Below the pieces are notes generated by a model that did no database searches, had not been told where the DNA came from, and was given only the letters and a program-made list of their open reading frames with translations. Below, piece after piece: positions 61,416 through 64,000 of a DNA stretch of 64,000 nucleotides. The stretch comes from an uncultured Verrucomicrobiales bacterium (GTDB lineage: Bacteria; Verrucomicrobiota; Verrucomicrobiia; Verrucomicrobiales; Akkermansiaceae): positions 2,041 through 66,040 of the forward strand of contig CALCHQ010000085.1 of NCBI GenBank assembly GCA_937901085.1, read 5' to 3'. Numbering within the stretch: the stretch's first letter is position 1; every line of letters begins with the position of its first letter. A program made the position numbers and the translations under genes.

Positions 61416-62381
61416 TCAGGCATGGGGCTTGCCGCGGCCGCGGGAAGCGCCAGCCTGAAGTAGCACAGCGACAAGCGCCCTCTGCCCTTCGTAGTCTTTT
61501 TTATCATCCAGGGCATAATCCAACGGCGTGCGCCCATCTTTATCCTCAGCATTCACCTTTGCCCCGGCGGCAATCAGACACGCCGCCCTATCTGCCTCAG
61601 AGCAGACATGCAAGGGCGTTTGTCCTTCATCATTAGCAGCACTGGGCTCCGCACCGGCAGACAGCAACGCCTGCGCCACCTCAAGATTTTTCGCGTAAAA
61701 AAGAGGGGAATCCCCTGATATACTGCGAGCATTTACATCGAGCCCCAAATCCACATAAAGGCGAACACTTTCGGCATCCCTGGCTTCATGCAGCGGCGTG
61801 TTCAGACACACCCCCGCTTGGTGCGGATTTGCCCCAGCCGCCAGCAGGAGTCGAACCTCATTCGCCTTATGAGGGTACAGGAGAGCGGTTTGACCAAACC
61901 TTCCGATAATTCCTGCATCAGCTCCCGCGGCTAGCAGGATTTCCAGTACTTTACCACGGGCAAAAAAGAGAGGAGGTTCACCAAAACTGTTCAGCGCATT
62001 GACATCTGCCCCGGCAGAGATGAGAACCTGCGCCATGTTACCGGAAATCGCATTGTGAAGCGGGCGTCCCCCGTATTCATCCAATATGGTATCAGGGCTC
62101 ATGCCCGATCGGATGAAAGCTTCCACCGCGGGTACATCATTGGACTGTACCGCGTAGTAGAGCATACTGACTTTAAGTTCTTCCTCCGATAAACCGGCAT
62201 GTTGCCACACCAGATCCACAAGCTCCCGACTCTGCCCGGAAAAAATAGCGACGTGAAGAATTTTCCTGTCAACCTTACCCAAACGAAGCAATTTCCGGGT
62301 TCTCCGTAAATCGCCCTGCGCAACAGCCTGAACCAACGCATTGCGATAGTTTTTACGCTTGAGCCTCTTCCGTTTGTTCAT
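61416..62381 (-). CDS. Ankyrin-repeat protein
   Basis: Repeated short ankyrin units GRPLHNA, GQTALL, NTPLHEA, GDSPLFYA, GQTPLHV, GRTPLDYA. Confidence 0.9.
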   Translation of the reverse strand: MNKRKRLKRKNYRNALVQAVAQGDLRRTRKLLRLGKVDRKILHVAIFSGQSRELVDLVWQHAGLSEEELKVSMLYYAVQSNDVPAVEAFIRSGMSPDTILDEYGGRPLHNAISGNMAQVLISAGADVNALNSFGEPPLFFARGKVLEILLAAGADAGIIGRFGQTALLYPHKANEVRLLLAAGANPHQAGVCLNTPLHEARDAESVRLYVDLGLDVNARSISGDSPLFYAKNLEVAQALLSAGAEPSAANDEGQTPLHVCSEADRAACLIAAGAKVNAEDKDGRTPLDYALDDKKDYEGQRALVAVLLQAGASRGRGKPHA

Positions 62382-62697
62382 GTTACTATTCTAACACATT
62401 GTGAGCGTTTAGCAAGAGAATCCCCCTCAATGGATATTGTTTAAGCAAAGAATGAGAAGCGTCTCCCGTACTCGTGTTTTATGATATTGACAACGAGGAG
62501 ATTTTATATTGGAACGAATCAACGACAATACCGATTTCTCGCGAGCCCGCACATCTCCATAAAAAGGCACACCTGCGTCCCAATCTGGTGCTACCCGATG
62601 CAGCCCGTTTTTTGCGCTTTTCCGCTCTAACCGCTTGCCGAGCCTCCCGGATTCTGGTAGCATGACAATGTAACAATTTTCTATATCGAATTAAACT

Positions 62698-63153
62698 ATG
62701 TTTAAACATTCTCTCAAGATTGCAAGTTGGTTATTTTTACCCTTTTCTATACTTTGGATTCTGGCTTCTGCTTTTTTCTGGTATCAGACGACATCCAAGC
62801 TGATGGAATGGGAAAAAGCTCCGGCCGTAGTCACAGCAGTAGAACCGGATGCCTTAGAAGTAGGGAGTAATGGTGCACCAATGAAATATGCCATGCTTTC
62901 TTTCCGCTCTCAGGAAGGGAGGGAATACATGGTTCGAAGCCAATTAGGTAATACAGGAAAGCCTCTTTGGAACGTCGGAGAAAAGGTGGAGGTCTTTTTC
63001 CCAGCCGATTCCCCGGAAAAAGCCGAAGAGAATATTTTTATTGTACAATACCTCCTGCCGCTCGGAATAACCCTGGCAGCCTTGATGTTTTCATTGGTAA
63101 CGACTTTGCTTTTTTGGGTCGGAAATAAAAAGAATGCAAAATCAAGGGAATGA
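62698..63153 (+). CDS. DUF3592-like membrane protein
   Basis: TM - beta domain (AVVTAV...VGEKVEVFFPADSPEKA) - TM. Confidence 0.7.
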   Translation: MFKHSLKIASWLFLPFSILWILASAFFWYQTTSKLMEWEKAPAVVTAVEPDALEVGSNGAPMKYAMLSFRSQEGREYMVRSQLGNTGKPLWNVGEKVEVFFPADSPEKAEENIFIVQYLLPLGITLAALMFSLVTTLLFWVGNKKNAKSRE

Positions 63154-63239
63154 GCAACAAAATGCCCGCCACGCTTGAACAAAGGGGCGGGAATTGATAT
63201 AATGCCCCGTAACAGGAACACGCTAAATGATGACCATGC
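63154..63239 (+). repeat. 86-bp promoter/start-codon repeat, copy 2
   Basis: Matches 57159-57244; begins immediately after the stop codon of the upstream gene. Confidence 0.9.
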
Positions 63240-63697
63240 TCCCATTCCCCAGAATCCTAGCCACCACCGCCCTGTGCCTTGCGGCGGTGGGGGTGAATAG
63301 CTGCAGCTATCCCTCTGTAGAAGAAAGGGGGCCGGTTCTTGCCGTCTCTTATCATCCGTCTGGACAGGTAGACAAAGCATACTATTTTTCAGATGACTCC
63401 CCATACCCTCGCGAACTGAGCGACTGGATTGAATACAACAATGGTAAACGTTTCCATGCCACCATGGTCACCTATGCCCCTGTTGGCATTGACTTGAGTT
63501 TTCCCTCTCAACAACTGCATTTCTCTTTTCTGGGGGACATCGTTTACGATGGCTCCAACTACCGAAGCCTTACCTCAAAAGACAAGGAGTTTTTGGATTG
63601 GCTGAAATCGCTTCCCTGGGTAAGCAATCAGGCTCTGGATAACTATCCTGATTCCTGGCTATATAGGGGTTCTCCCACAATGCCACCAGGCGAATGA
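63227..63697 (+). CDS. Hypothetical lipoprotein
   Basis: Signal PRILATTALCLAAVGVNSC then an unrecognised mature domain. Confidence 0.7.
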   Translation: MMTMLPFPRILATTALCLAAVGVNSCSYPSVEERGPVLAVSYHPSGQVDKAYYFSDDSPYPRELSDWIEYNNGKRFHATMVTYAPVGIDLSFPSQQLHFSFLGDIVYDGSNYRSLTSKDKEFLDWLKSLPWVSNQALDNYPDSWLYRGSPTMPPGE

Positions 63698-63738
63698 TAA
63701 GTATAGAGGCCTGCCGCTTGTCAGGCCGGAGCTCCGTC

Positions 63739-64000
63739 CATCGCTTGCAGCCTGTCACGGCGGAGCCTTGGCGGAGACGGAGTGTCTTTTTATCCCCTTG
63801 CAAGCGATGTTTCATTTTAGGTTGCTACTCGGTGAAAAATGCGCCTTAAGCATCTGATTCTGTGTATCTTGCCAGTTCGAAACATCTTTGCTTGTCACAG
63901 AATAACCATCACCGCAAAACCGCCTACCTGTCACGGCGTAGGGGAACCCCCGAAGACGGAAGCTCACAGAATCAATACATTGTAGATTCGAGACATCTTT
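63739..64000. repeat. Structured non-coding element, copy 2 (truncated by window end)
   Basis: Colinear with 58847-59108. Confidence 0.88.

Noticed and set aside
62427..62690. Short ORFs between the ankyrin and DUF3592 genes
   Set aside because: Conflicting frames, no motifs; at most a gene remnant

Overview
GC-rich bacterial chromosome segment, most likely an Akkermansia-like Verrucomicrobium (inferred from PEP-CTERM tails, N-terminally extended S11 and host-glycan hydrolases). Positions 1-55330 are mostly housekeeping and glycan-foraging genes: pyrG, rpsM-K-D, rplY, nusA-infB-rbfA, cls, pyrC, menA, ilvD, Fur-sufCBD, GH2/GH20/GH35, a cobalamin-riboswitch TonB locus and ddh. This part also holds an ABC-ATPase plus nuclease-like gene pair, a decayed IS30 and a solitary type IIG-like methylase. 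Positions ~55560-64000 are a variable, partly AT-richer region around tRNA-Ala(GGC). The best candidate for an undescribed system lies there: a stand-alone GIY-YIG nuclease gene surrounded by a family of REP-like hairpins (CGGCGTAG-stem-CGAAGCCG, about 9 copies), plus two cassette-like units that each start with the same 86-bp promoter, carry different cargo genes and end in the same structured non-coding element (~350 bp in the complete copy). Many genes appear leaderless. All calls come from reading motifs by eye; no searches were run.
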